Source: Phycisphaeraceae bacterium
Lineage (GTDB): Bacteria; Planctomycetota; Phycisphaerae; Phycisphaerales; Phycisphaeraceae
Length of the DNA: 64,000 bases
Assembly: GCA_963674705.1 (NCBI GenBank)
Contig: OY771506.1
Location: 1,504,001 to 1,568,000, forward strand
Direction: 5' to 3'
This document shows positions 41,103-50,812 of this stretch, one piece after another. Position 1 is the first letter of the stretch. Each line of letters begins with the position of its first letter. Made by a program: the position numbers and the translations under genes. A model generated the notes under the pieces. It had not been told where the DNA came from. It did not search any database and saw only the letters and a list, made by a program, of their open reading frames with translations.

Positions 41103-42200
41103 ATGTCGTTTGCCTTGCCGACGTATTGCCCGCCCGACTTCACCCAATCGCCGTTAGCCGAAGCGCCGACCGTCCGGACCGAACCTGCGCCGCATGATGG
41201 TGTTGCGCCCGACGAGTTCCACGCAACGAGCAATCACCCGGAGTACGTTCACCTTGGTGATGGTAACTGGCATCTGGTGCGCGAGAGCCGGATGGACTGC
41301 GTGATGGTGTTGCGCGATTCTGAGGTTGAAGTCGTTGAACCACGCCGATTGAAGCAAGGCGATCAGGTCGTGATCGGCCGAACCGAAAACGGCGAGGACG
41401 GCGTGTACGTTCACGTCGATGGATTCAAAGCGCCCAGCAACAAAGCAACGGATAAGTTCTCGTTCCGTACACGCGGCACGCGCGAGAGTCCGTTCTCGCG
41501 CAGTTACGACGAGCTGTACGAACTGCTGCGACATGATCGCGAGCACGGCCACATCGCCTGGGTGCTCGGGCCCGCAGTTGCGTTCGACAGGGATAGCCGG
41601 TGCGCGATGCAGGGACTGATCGAAGAGGGTTACTGCGATGCATTGCTTGCGGGCAATGCCCTGGCGACGCACGACCTTGAAGCGGCGTGCTTCGGTACCG
41701 GGCTCGGTTGCGACATCTACTGTCAACGGCCGCAGACGCTCGGACACTACAACCATCTTGATGTGCTTAACCGTGCTCGCTGCGTGAAGTCGCTTAACGA
41801 AGCGATCGATCATTTGAAGGTGACCGATGGCATCATGTGGGCGTGCCGTAAGCATGATGTGCCGGTCGTCTTGGCGGGCAGTATCCGTGACGATGGCCCT
41901 TTGCCGGAGGTGTTGCCCGATGTGTATGAAGCGCAGAACGCGATGCGCGAACACGCACGCAAAGCCACCACCGTCATCTGCATGGCCACCCAACTGCACT
42001 CGATCGCCTTCGGCAACATGACCCCCGGCTACCACGTCAACCCCGACGGCTCCGTCCGCCCCGTCTACTTCTACATCGTCGACATGACCGAGTTCAGCGC
42101 CGACAAACTAGCCAACCGAGGCTCCGCCCAAGCGACGGCCATCCTGACCAACGTTCAGGACTTTCTGGTGAATCTGTGGAACAACCTGAAACGGGAGTAG
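41103..42200 (+). CDS. LOR/SDH-domain (TIGR00300-like) protein, possible ornithine cyclodeaminase
   Basis: DGVAPDEFHATSNHP, SRMD, WVLGPA, LLAGNALATHDLE, LAGSIRDDGPLP, ATQLHSIAFGNMTP, KLANRGS; RBS aggag. Confidence 0.8.
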   Translation: MSFALPTYCPPDFTQSPLAEAPTVRTEPAPHDGVAPDEFHATSNHPEYVHLGDGNWHLVRESRMDCVMVLRDSEVEVVEPRRLKQGDQVVIGRTENGEDGVYVHVDGFKAPSNKATDKFSFRTRGTRESPFSRSYDELYELLRHDREHGHIAWVLGPAVAFDRDSRCAMQGLIEEGYCDALLAGNALATHDLEAACFGTGLGCDIYCQRPQTLGHYNHLDVLNRARCVKSLNEAIDHLKVTDGIMWACRKHDVPVVLAGSIRDDGPLPEVLPDVYEAQNAMREHARKATTVICMATQLHSIAFGNMTPGYHVNPDGSVRPVYFYIVDMTEFSADKLANRGSAQATAILTNVQDFLVNLWNNLKRE

Positions 42201-42409
42201 ATGATTGTGCCGTGGAAGTGTTAGAAGGTGGAACAAGGATTAACGCTGATGAACACAGATAGCGCGATGTGTATTCTTTAATTACTGGTTACTGTGTTTG
42301 ACACTTCATGATCAAACTTTTATTTTTTGTGTGGTTTGCTGATTCCGAGGCCTTTACCAGCGGTGCCGCTTGGGGTACTCGGGGCAGATTTGAGAATTCG
42401 GAGGGCTGC

Positions 42410-42979
42410 ATGTCTAGGTATTTACATTTCGGTAGTACATTGTTGGTCGTCGGGTGTTTCGCCTCAATATCACAAGCATCTATTTGGGCTACTGGTGTTT
42501 ATGATTCTTATGTTCCAAGTACGATGAATACTCATCCGTTAGAGAATGCTCTGGGGCCGGCAGATTACCCGGATGGTGCGGGCTACACATTGGAGGTGCT
42601 TAACCAATATGTGGCGTCAGTGGGGCAAGATGGGTACGTTACTTACAGCTTTGATCAGGCATTTGTCGACGGGCCAGGAGATGATCTGTTTCTCTGGCAC
42701 ATCGGAGGCGGATCGCCCGAAACGGGTGAATTGCTTGTCAGCGCGGACGGCATTAACTTCACTTATGTCGGTCTGATTGATGATAGCGTTGGTGTCGGAT
42801 CTGTAGGATATGATCTTGCAGGTATCATTACCGATCCTGTCAGTTATGTTAAGATCGCTGACTTGGCAGACGACAACAACGCGGTTGATATCGATGCTAT
42901 CGAAGCCAAGTATATACCAGAACCCGCCGTGTTTAGCCTGTTATCTCTGGGTGCATTGGCTTTTATGCGTCGACACTAA
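42410..42979 (+). CDS. Small PEP-CTERM protein (AT-richer than its neighbours)
   Basis: Signal ..SQA; NALGPAD, DGPGDDL, VSADG, DIDAIEA; IPEP+TM+RR. Confidence 0.85.
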   Translation: MSRYLHFGSTLLVVGCFASISQASIWATGVYDSYVPSTMNTHPLENALGPADYPDGAGYTLEVLNQYVASVGQDGYVTYSFDQAFVDGPGDDLFLWHIGGGSPETGELLVSADGINFTYVGLIDDSVGVGSVGYDLAGIITDPVSYVKIADLADDNNAVDIDAIEAKYIPEPAVFSLLSLGALAFMRRH

Positions 42980-43010
42980 ATAGTGAGATATTGATAATCT
43001 ACATGACATC

Positions 43011-43037
43011 GGGCGGTTCAATGAACCGCCCTTTTTT
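43011..43037 (+). terminator. Rho-independent terminator
   Basis: gggcggttca a tgaaccgccc tttttt. Confidence 0.8.
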
Positions 43038-43288
43038 GATAAAGAATCTTTTAGGATTGATTTTGTTCCCGACGAAGTGCACGATTTTGAGTATGCCTGG
43101 CGGCAGGTAATAGGCAACAGGCGGGGGATCATTGATTTGCACATATTGACACTAATCAAGCGATGGGGATTAGTGTGGATTAGCCTTCTAAGTGGTTATG
43201 GATTTGTTGTTCTGCCGTGGTGGGTTGCGCTTCGCTTGGCCGCAGCCTGCAAATTACAAGTACGCATGCTGCTTACTGAGTACGGCGT

Positions 43289-44713
43289 TTAGTTCTCATC
43301 GGAATCCGTGTTGTAAGCAAGTGCTCGGATATGCTGGGGGGATAATTGCAGGGGATGGGTGCGTTCTACGATCAGGCCGTTTCGTATTACGAAAGCGGTG
43401 GGATAACCTGTAATACCGTACGCGACGAACATCGACTGATCTGTGTCACAACCGATCCAGGAATGTATCGGCGTCTCTTTCACAAAGCGTTCTACGACAT
43501 CGGGTTCATCGAATGTTACCGACAAGAATTCGATGCCCTCGGGGTGCAACGCTTGATAGAGATGATTCATGTGCGGGATAGACTTAACGCATCCGGTGCA
43601 CAACGTGCTCCAAAACTCAATCACGATCGTTTTGTTTTCAAGGTTATCCCAGGATAACTGCAAACCTGCCGGCGTATTCAGCATATGCTTGATGCTGATG
43701 GGTGGTGCGGGATCGCCGGGCCCCACTTGCTTTGGGGGTGCGGTGAAGTACGAGAGGGCATCCTCATCGAACATTGACTGAGGGGGGATGATGTCCTGGT
43801 CAATGAGTATTCGTTGTTGTCTGACAGACTTTACCGTTTCAAATCCGTTTGCGGAGCGCTTGGGCCGTTCGGTCTCGTACGTATTGACGAACCGGCTGGC
43901 ATACCAGGTGCCGGTGTGTGTCTGTTGAACCTCTGCCACGCATCTTTCTATGCGGAACCCGCGAGGGAATGTGCCGGTTATATCGCCTTCTCTTACATGA
44001 CGCATCAGTACGTAATTCTTGCTCTTGTCGAACCAATACGTATCACAACTTTGGGTGGGTCGGCCGACATCCTTGCGGTTGGCTGTCGTTTTAACCTTTA
44101 ATCCAATCCAGTTCGGGTCCTCATCTGAATCCGGATCCAACAGGTCCAGCTCGAAGTGACGTGTCGGCGATTGGTTTGCCAATAAATCAACGACCCGCCA
44201 CATGAGATTCTCGGGAACAGATCGCTCAGGATGCCGATCGTGAGTCGAGTGCGTCCTATCGCCGTTCTGTAGAACTTCAAATACCCGCCCATCAATACAG
44301 GCAATCTCACGATAGGTTGGAAGCTCGGATTCGTACGAGATGAATTCGGATGTTGTGAGGCTTGACCAATGCTGTTTAAGGTCGGCGGGTATACCCGGGA
44401 TGTCGGGATTGTTTCCGGCATAATACTGCTTAGATATCACCTTGTTATCCAGCCGCCGCACGAGACACACATTCATCGGCGCCCAGCTATCCCCTTCTGC
44501 CTTTGATTCAATAATCAATCCACTGTAATCGCCCAACCCCGCTTTGTACTGCCGGCCGATCTGTTCAAGCAGCTGCATTTTCATACCCCCCATTAGCGAC
44601 AGGTTTCTTCTGTAGATTATAGTGCTTGAGGGGGTAAAAGGTGATGGGCGTGGTGTTTTCCGGCTTGGGATTGTTGATAGCGTTCCGTGGCTCGTAACGG
44701 TGTTTGATCCCAT
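43289..44713 (-). CDS. Protein with C-terminal TlpA/redoxin domain; 5' end uncertain, possibly truncated
   Basis: GDPAP, VIEFWSTLCTGC..IPHM, YGITGYPTAFVI; no signal peptide, N-terminal ~40 aa look non-coding. Confidence 0.65.
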   Translation of the reverse strand: MGSNTVTSHGTLSTIPSRKTPRPSPFTPSSTIIYRRNLSLMGGMKMQLLEQIGRQYKAGLGDYSGLIIESKAEGDSWAPMNVCLVRRLDNKVISKQYYAGNNPDIPGIPADLKQHWSSLTTSEFISYESELPTYREIACIDGRVFEVLQNGDRTHSTHDRHPERSVPENLMWRVVDLLANQSPTRHFELDLLDPDSDEDPNWIGLKVKTTANRKDVGRPTQSCDTYWFDKSKNYVLMRHVREGDITGTFPRGFRIERCVAEVQQTHTGTWYASRFVNTYETERPKRSANGFETVKSVRQQRILIDQDIIPPQSMFDEDALSYFTAPPKQVGPGDPAPPISIKHMLNTPAGLQLSWDNLENKTIVIEFWSTLCTGCVKSIPHMNHLYQALHPEGIEFLSVTFDEPDVVERFVKETPIHSWIGCDTDQSMFVAYGITGYPTAFVIRNGLIVERTHPLQLSPQHIRALAYNTDSDEN

Positions 44714-44754
44714 TTCCCTTTTTCAAGTGGTTTGTGGGTGTGTTGTTGTGCTGT

Positions 44755-44785
44755 GGTGGGTAGTGCTTTGCTCCACCCACCCTAC
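44755..44785 (-). repeat. GTAG-type REP palindrome
   Basis: Minus strand GTAG ggtgggt ggagcaaagcact acccacc. Confidence 0.5.
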
Positions 44786-44863
44786 AAAGTGCAAGTACCC
44801 ATGCTGCTTGCTGGAGGAGGATGAGTAAGCGATGCGCCTCTTTGCGCCATACTACCGTCAAGG

Positions 44864-45085
44864 CTACTCAGTACTCGTGTCCTCGCTGAAAGTGAACACG
44901 TCTTCGACTCGACAGTTGAAACTGCGAGCAATGCGGAATGCCAAGGCAAGCGATGGTGTGTACTTGCCAGCCTCAAGCGCAATGATGGTCTGCCGGGTAC
45001 AGCCTGCTTGCTGTGCAAGTTCTTCTTGCGTCATCTCATTATGGTCGAAGCGAAGACGCCGAATGTTGTTTGTGATCTCAGGCAT
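44864..45085 (-). CDS. XRE/Cro-family HTH transcriptional regulator
   Basis: [40 protein letters not shown]. Confidence 0.92.
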   Translation of the reverse strand: MPEITNNIRRLRFDHNEMTQEELAQQAGCTRQTIIALEAGKYTPSLALAFRIARSFNCRVEDVFTFSEDTSTE

Positions 45086-45488
45086 CGGAAGCCTCCACGT
45101 GACGGCCATAGAGAACCAGGATCGCAACACTCCGAGTGAAGAAGAAGACGATGGCACCGAGCATTGTGATTGTCCCGAGCACATGCACCCATACCTGCTC
45201 CTGACGTTGAAAAGCAAAAACGACGAACCATGTGCCCATACACCCAATGACGAACGCCATGTAGGAGGCCATAGCACCTGCCAGAGTAGCCCTTCGCGCA
45301 ATGTGCGTGTCGCGTTCGTCGACTGCTTCATGGCGACCGATCAGGCCAGCGAATCCATTGATGCCGTAGAAGGCAAAGGCCGCAGTCGCGACAACTGGCC
45401 CGAAGAGTGGAAGCAGCACAAAGTACCCCAGTACACAAGCACTCATCGTTACTACGCCAAGCCAAGCTCGTTTCTGTTCTGCGTTCAT
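45078..45488 (-). CDS. Small membrane protein (DUF2178-like), overlapping the XRE gene
   Basis: 4 TM helices with central DERD..I..RA motif. Confidence 0.7.
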   Translation of the reverse strand: MNAEQKRAWLGVVTMSACVLGYFVLLPLFGPVVATAAFAFYGINGFAGLIGRHEAVDERDTHIARRATLAGAMASYMAFVIGCMGTWFVVFAFQRQEQVWVHVLGTITMLGAIVFFFTRSVAILVLYGRHVEASDA

Positions 45489-45589
45489 TTTGGGTCTCCT
45501 GTGTATGCTGTGACAAACATAATGTACGCTATATAATACTTAATGTCAAATCTATTTTACATCATTTCTGCAAAAAAGAAACGTAAACT

Positions 45590-45780
45590 ATGCCCTCGGC
45601 CCGTGGCATCCGAGCAGGATGCGCTTTCGTCGAGCTTTTCGCCGACGACACCAAGCTCGTGCGCGGGTTGCGCCGGGCGGAGAAGCGACTCAAGGCCTTC
45701 GGCGACCGCATCCGCAACTTCGGGTTGAAGATTGCGGATCTCGGTACGGCCATGCTCACGCCGATGCTCGGCGCGGCCAC
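45590..45780 (+). pseudogene. N-terminal remnant of a phage tail tape-measure protein
   Basis: MPSARGIRAGCAFVELFADDTKLVRGLRRAEKRLKAFG resembles tape-measure N-termini (G-AFVEL-AD pattern, recall); only ~65 plausible codons. Confidence 0.6.
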
Positions 45781-45954
45781 CGACTGCGAGGTATTCATGC
45801 TGAAAGAACTCCACGATCAGGGCCTCATGACCCACATGCCGTTCCTCACGCCCGGCGAGGATGGACATTGCGGGCTCCTTGCGGAAGCGCCCACAACGGC
45901 CTTCGCTTGGCGACCGGCTCGCTGTCTGGCTAGGTCAAGATGGTGGGGTAGTAA

Positions 45955-46797
45955 TCAATTACCCGGCGCGAGTTCGAAATGGCGGTAGGTTCCGAAAGCA
46001 ACCCGGCTGTTAATCAGGCTCGATCTGTTGACGTGTCTCATATCGGGGCCAGGCGCCGTTTTCCCCAAGTAATATAAGATTGCTTCTAATGCTCGACGCA
46101 TGTCCGTGATGAAGTCGGTTGGAGGATTATCCATCAATTCGAAACCAGGGAAAGCACCCCATTCGAAGGCATGACGAATATAAGCGATAAAACCAAAACC
46201 ATGTCTCTCATTCAAGATGAGTGAATCGGCCGCAGGGAGCATCGTGCCTATCGAATAGGGTACTCCCCCACTGATATTTGCCTTGTGGATATTATCAGGG
46301 GCGAAGGCGAGTTGGAATGGGCCATCTTTGTCTGCGCCGCTCTCAACGCGATCATATTCCCAAGCCTCAAACTCCGACTCGATATACTCACGGCTGAGAT
46401 CGACAACGAGGGGATCGGTATAGAGTGTTTCGCCTTCTGCAAGGCCGTGGTATCCCACAAAGTCCCATTCCGGCGCGGTTCCTCTAAGATCGACAGTGCC
46501 CACCTCGTAAAGCCATGCGATCAATGCTACAGGTATGTTGATCCCCTTTTCTGTGAAGTACGCCGGCCAATCTGCAATATCTGGGGGCGGGGGTAAGTGA
46601 ATCCGTTGGGGGTCGGCGAATACATAGCCACGTGCATGAAGGCGCTGCACGATCATTTCCACGTTCGTTCTTGCCTGGCGCATTATTGAGCGAGCCACCT
46701 CGAGGGCTTCGTAGTAAAACTCGATATTCTCAAGCCTGTGTTGCTCGGATACGATGTACGCCCAGTGCATCTGTTTATGCCATAGATCCTGACTCAT
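45955..46797 (-). CDS. Hypothetical protein, possibly SMI1/KNR4-like immunity type
   Basis: ~280 aa ORF with conserved-looking PVALIAW..VGTVD, DPL, APD.IHKANISGG.PY, F..Y.R.AF.WG.FPG. Confidence 0.55.
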   Translation of the reverse strand: MSQDLWHKQMHWAYIVSEQHRLENIEFYYEALEVARSIMRQARTNVEMIVQRLHARGYVFADPQRIHLPPPPDIADWPAYFTEKGINIPVALIAWLYEVGTVDLRGTAPEWDFVGYHGLAEGETLYTDPLVVDLSREYIESEFEAWEYDRVESGADKDGPFQLAFAPDNIHKANISGGVPYSIGTMLPAADSLILNERHGFGFIAYIRHAFEWGAFPGFELMDNPPTDFITDMRRALEAILYYLGKTAPGPDMRHVNRSSLINSRVAFGTYRHFELAPGN

Positions 46798-46867
46798 GTG
46801 ATTTACCATACGCAGTTCTACTGGACATGTCAGCCCGGTGTTGGATTGTGTAAAAACACTCAACCAG

Positions 46868-47194
46868 TCACAGCCGTTTAAGCAGATCAAAGTCGCCTGC
46901 GGCGAGGGCGCGTTTTTTGGCTCGGGTCCAGCGTTTGAGTTGGCGTTCGCGTTGTTCGGCTTGGCTGCGGCTGGTGAAAGGTTCGACGTGGATGACGCGC
47001 TTGGGTGGGTGGGTTTTGGTGAAGCGGGAGCCGCCTTGCTTGTGTTCGGCCCAGCGGCGCAGCAGGTGGTTGGTGCAGCCGACTTAGAGCCAGTTATCTT
47101 GGCATTCGAGGATGTAGACGTAGGCGACGATCTTTTCGCCTTTCTTCTTTCCCTTCGACTCGCTTTGCTTGCTCAGGATTGGTTGGCTGGACAT
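46868..47194 (-). pseudogene. GIY-YIG (UPF0213/YazA-like) nuclease with in-frame TAA
   Basis: YVYILECQDNWL*VGCTNHLLRRWAEHKQG-GSRFTK..AEQRERQLKRWTRAKKRAL; TAA at 47086-47084 replaces the Tyr of Y(I/V)G. Confidence 0.85.
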
Positions 47195-47684
47195 GGCAGG
47201 CTCCCGGTACCCGATTGACCCGTTCGACTCGCTGCGCTCGCTCAGGGTTCTTCGACTTGGGCCCGGAATGGACGCTGTAAACGACAACTCGCTACGGTCA
47301 CTCAGTTTAGAATTCTGAGCGAGCGTAGCGAGTCGAAGAACTCCCCGGGCTGGATTCGAACCAGCAACCAAGTGATTAACAGTCACCTACTCTACCGTTG
47401 AGCTACCGGGGATTCTGGATGTCGGGCCGTAAAGGGTAGCATTTGTATCGGGGTTTTCAAGTGGGGACTTCGGCTCGCTTTGCTCGCTCAGTGTTGGGTT
47501 TGGGGGTTGGGGACTGGGGGTTGGGGCGAGGAAGGGTTATCGGACTAGGCTGGGTTGGAGGGGGGATGACGTCGGGCCTTGGGATGGCTGGGGGCCCACA
47601 GACGGCGTCTGTGGGCTTCGGGGGGGGAGACGGGGGTTTGGTTGTGATTGTGTGGGGGGGCTTCGACTTGCTGGGCTCGCTCAG
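47151..47684. repeat. Cluster of ~24-nt CTTCGACTCGCTNNGCTCGCTCAG repeats
   Basis: Copies at 47151-47177, 47219-47247, 47287-47305 (degenerate), 47315-47338 (inverted), 47468-47491, 47661-47684; short variant at 4500-4517. Confidence 0.8.
47341..47412 (-). tRNA. tRNA-Asn: tRNA-Asn(GTT)
   Basis: TCCCCGGTAGCTCAACGGTAGAGTAGGTGACTGTTAATCACTTGGTTGCTGGTTCGAATCCAGCCCGGGGAG; full cloverleaf, CCA not encoded. Confidence 0.97.
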
Positions 47685-47870
47685 TATGGGACTTTTTGAT
47701 TGGGCGGGGGCTAAGCTTTGTGGGTGTCGTGGGTTGTGGATTTTTAGGGGGGAATCCTGGGCGAGCGCGGTGGGTGTGGCGAGTCGAGGGGGTCGATGAG
47801 GGCGGTTTGCGGTGGTATACTTGAGGGTTTATAGCGCGGCGAAGACCGCCCGGCGGCGAGGATATTTGCA

Positions 47871-48632
47871 ATGGCGACCAGCTTTGGTGCCCTGTGCACC
47901 GACTTCTATATCAATCAGAAACTCTCGCTGAAGATGGACTTACCGTCTGAGCGGGACACGCTGTTGCACTTCTTCGACCAGGTCCGCAAGACCCAGCCGG
48001 GGATGACGCGGTTCAGGCGGTACGAGGGGGAGCTGAGCCTGGAATCGAGCAGGCGTGAGGCGGAGTACACCTGGCTGAGCCTGCAGCAGAACAGCATCCG
48101 CACGGGGCATGTGAACCCGGACGCGATGGAAGATGCGTATGCGTATCACCAGCGGATGCTGGAGATTGCGCCGTTCTACCTGACGCTGAGCCCGCTGGAT
48201 GTGGATTATGTGGAGCTGATGTTCGGGTTCGATATCGAGTGCAAGGAGGACCACGACGAGGTGGTGTACCGGGCTCTGTATGAAGATACGAAGGTTGGCG
48301 GGTTGCTCCAGCCGGCGGGTCTGTCGAAGGACGCGAGCGTGCTGGATGTGCAGCCTGTGTTCGGGCTGAACCTGGCGGAAGACGGGCAGTTGCAGGCGTA
48401 CTTCGAGGTGAAGACGCGCAGGCGTTCACGACGCGGATCGGGCAGGCGGTACTCGCAGGAGCCGATCAGCCTGTTCGTGACGATCCGCAACTACGGCCCG
48501 ATCGACAAGCTCGACGACCTCAAACAAATCACAACCGAACTGGGCAAGTACTGCGAGGCGCTGGCAACAGAGCGGCTGATCCCGAACCTGTTGAACCCGA
48601 TCGTACAGCACATTTCGCCGAGCAGTCGTTGA
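47871..48632 (+). CDS. Conserved planctomycete-type hypothetical protein
   Basis: MATSFGALCTDFYINQKL..DLP..LHFF, VNP, PFYLTLSPLDVDY.ELMFGFD; RBS gagga; family from recall. Confidence 0.75.
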   Translation: MATSFGALCTDFYINQKLSLKMDLPSERDTLLHFFDQVRKTQPGMTRFRRYEGELSLESSRREAEYTWLSLQQNSIRTGHVNPDAMEDAYAYHQRMLEIAPFYLTLSPLDVDYVELMFGFDIECKEDHDEVVYRALYEDTKVGGLLQPAGLSKDASVLDVQPVFGLNLAEDGQLQAYFEVKTRRRSRRGSGRRYSQEPISLFVTIRNYGPIDKLDDLKQITTELGKYCEALATERLIPNLLNPIVQHISPSSR

Positions 48633-48677
48633 GGATGGGGTGTGGGGGTTGGGGTAAGGCATATCACCGGGACGTTA

Positions 48678-50402
48678 CTACTTCACCTTTTCCAGCGGGA
48701 TGAAGCGTTGGGGGATGAGTTCGTCTTCGAACGCATCGAGGGGGACGGCGATCATGGTGTCGCCCTTGAGGTGGTCCTTGCGGACGTTGATCGGGCGTTT
48801 GACGGCGAGTTTGTCGTCGTGTTTGACGATGAGCTGGACCTGGAGGGTGGATTTATCGACTTTGTAGAAGCTGCCGTTGAACCATTCCCATCGGGTTTCG
48901 CGGCTCCATGCCTGGCTGGGGATGCGTGACATGAGGACTTCGGCATCGGGTTGCTGATGGTTCCAGCCGTCGATGGCGATGGCGACGACGTCGTCGCGGT
49001 CGGCGCCGGTGTAGGCGTCGGAAGGCAACTGATTGTTTGCGATGATCTGCGCTTCGAGGGCTTTAGCGCGTTGTTTGATTTGCTGGCGGACTTCTTCAAG
49101 GCGGTCGACGTAGGGTTTGGCTTCCTCTTCGCCGAAGGCGCGGATGACGATGAGTTTTTGTTCAGCCCAGCCGAAGCGTTGCTCGATGCCGCTGTTAGTC
49201 CCGAAGTACATGGCGTTCTGCTTGGCGACGCCTTCGTCGGCGAGTTTGACGGCTTCTTGTAAGTCGGCTTCGAAGAGTTCGGGTAGTTGCTGTTTGTATG
49301 CGATCAGCGACTGGGCGAACTGGTTGCGTTTGGTCTGGAAGTGGTTGAAGAGTTTTTCGAGTTTGTCGCCTTCCTGGGTGCGCTGTTCGACGAGGGGGAG
49401 GTAGGTCTTGGCGATGCGCTGTATTTCGGACATGACCTGGCTGTCCTCTGCGATGACCTTGGCGAGCTGTTCGGGCTGCTGGACGGACATGTTGAAGTCG
49501 TAGTATCGACGGGCGAAGTCGCCGAGCAGTTCGTAGTCTTTGTCGTAGTTGGGGTAGTGCTCCATGCCGGTGAGTTTGGCGAGTTCTGTGTTGATGGCTG
49601 TGAGACGCGAGTCGAGTGCGCCGATGCGGTCGCCGGCCTGTTTGACGGCGTCGGCGACGGGCTTGACCTGTGGATGATCGGCGGGGAGTTGCTCGATGTA
49701 GCCGACGGCGAGCTTGTGTTTTTCCTTGCCGGTGGCGACGTTCTGCAAGGCATCGCGGACTTCACGGTGTACGGGCTTGGGCTCATCGCCTTCGGCATCA
49801 AACCTGGCGAGGACGGCGGCGGCTTTGTCGGCGTAGCTGTTGGTTTCGCGGACGTACCAGTTGGCATCCTTGACGAGTTTTTCCTGTGTGTAGTGGAGCT
49901 TGGGCGCTTGTTCGGGTTGCGCGGCGGGGGCTGGGTCGGCAGAGGAATCACTGCTTGAATCATCAACGGACTCGCTATCCGCGGGTGCTTGTTCTTTGTT
50001 GTCGGCCGGGGGATGGATGATGGCGTTGACTTCTTTGATGCCGGCAGCGACGGCGTTGTACGATTCGAGCACCGGGGTAACGGCATCATCATCTGCGGGA
50101 AGTTGATCGAGCGATTCCTTAGCCTGGCCGAGGCGCTGCTGCGCGGACTGTAAGCGCATCTCGGTGAGTCGGACGCGACTGCCTTTGGCGGGGTTGGATG
50201 GGGTGCCGGCCGAGCTGCGCGCGGCTTCGAGGTCGGCGTTGGCGTTCTTGATGTAGTTCTGCGCCTGGGCGAGTACCGCTTGTTGTTGATCGTCTAGCGC
50301 GAGGCAGGCGGATGAACTGAATAGTGTTGCGGTGATACAAACAACAGCCAGTACCAGGTTGGTCAATGTCTGCTGCGAACGCTTGGTTGGATATGCCCAC
50401 AT
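48678..50402 (-). CDS. Secreted alpha-helical/coiled-coil hypothetical protein
   Basis: Signal peptide ..ACLA; long amphipathic helices; acidic Ser/Pro linker; RBS aggag. Confidence 0.75.
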   Translation of the reverse strand: MWAYPTKRSQQTLTNLVLAVVCITATLFSSSACLALDDQQQAVLAQAQNYIKNANADLEAARSSAGTPSNPAKGSRVRLTEMRLQSAQQRLGQAKESLDQLPADDDAVTPVLESYNAVAAGIKEVNAIIHPPADNKEQAPADSESVDDSSSDSSADPAPAAQPEQAPKLHYTQEKLVKDANWYVRETNSYADKAAAVLARFDAEGDEPKPVHREVRDALQNVATGKEKHKLAVGYIEQLPADHPQVKPVADAVKQAGDRIGALDSRLTAINTELAKLTGMEHYPNYDKDYELLGDFARRYYDFNMSVQQPEQLAKVIAEDSQVMSEIQRIAKTYLPLVEQRTQEGDKLEKLFNHFQTKRNQFAQSLIAYKQQLPELFEADLQEAVKLADEGVAKQNAMYFGTNSGIEQRFGWAEQKLIVIRAFGEEEAKPYVDRLEEVRQQIKQRAKALEAQIIANNQLPSDAYTGADRDDVVAIAIDGWNHQQPDAEVLMSRIPSQAWSRETRWEWFNGSFYKVDKSTLQVQLIVKHDDKLAVKRPINVRKDHLKGDTMIAVPLDAFEDELIPQRFIPLEKVK

Positions 50403-50812
50403 GGGATAGCTCCTGATTACCAGGCCATGCGGTTTGCCCGCACGGTTATGAATACACTTTTGAATACCACGCCCCGAGTCGCAGGTGACTCGAATGAATC
50501 ATCTTAGCATAAACCCGGATATGCGCTATGTCTTTTGCAGGAAAGATATGTTTATTCGCTGAGAGATTAGCAGACTTTTCAGTGTTGTTTGTGTGGCGAG
50601 TTCCGGTCAAGCCGTGGCGGGAAGTAGGGCAAATACTCATAACGGCTCAAACAATCAGGCCGGTTTTAACGGTTGCGATGATTGATGTGCTGACTGGTTA
50701 ACGTGTGCGGTCGCATTAAGCTTTTACCTGACTGCAAGCGTCTAACGTCCGATTTGAGATGGACCGATCTTGTGACAATACAGTGCGGACGGTTTTTTGG
50801 GAGACACCGTCG

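Noticed and set aside
45970..46020. gttcgaa...ggctgttaatcagg as a tRNA-Asn att remnant
   Set aside because: Only ~9 nt match the anticodon loop, the elements are in the wrong order and on the opposite strand, and it lies within an ORF end.
47151..47684. Repeat cluster as a CRISPR array
   Set aside because: Irregular spacing, mixed orientation, a tRNA in between and no cas genes.
47443..47871. Gly-rich / Pro-rich ORFs upstream of the tRNA
   Set aside because: Products of low-complexity G-rich DNA and repeats.
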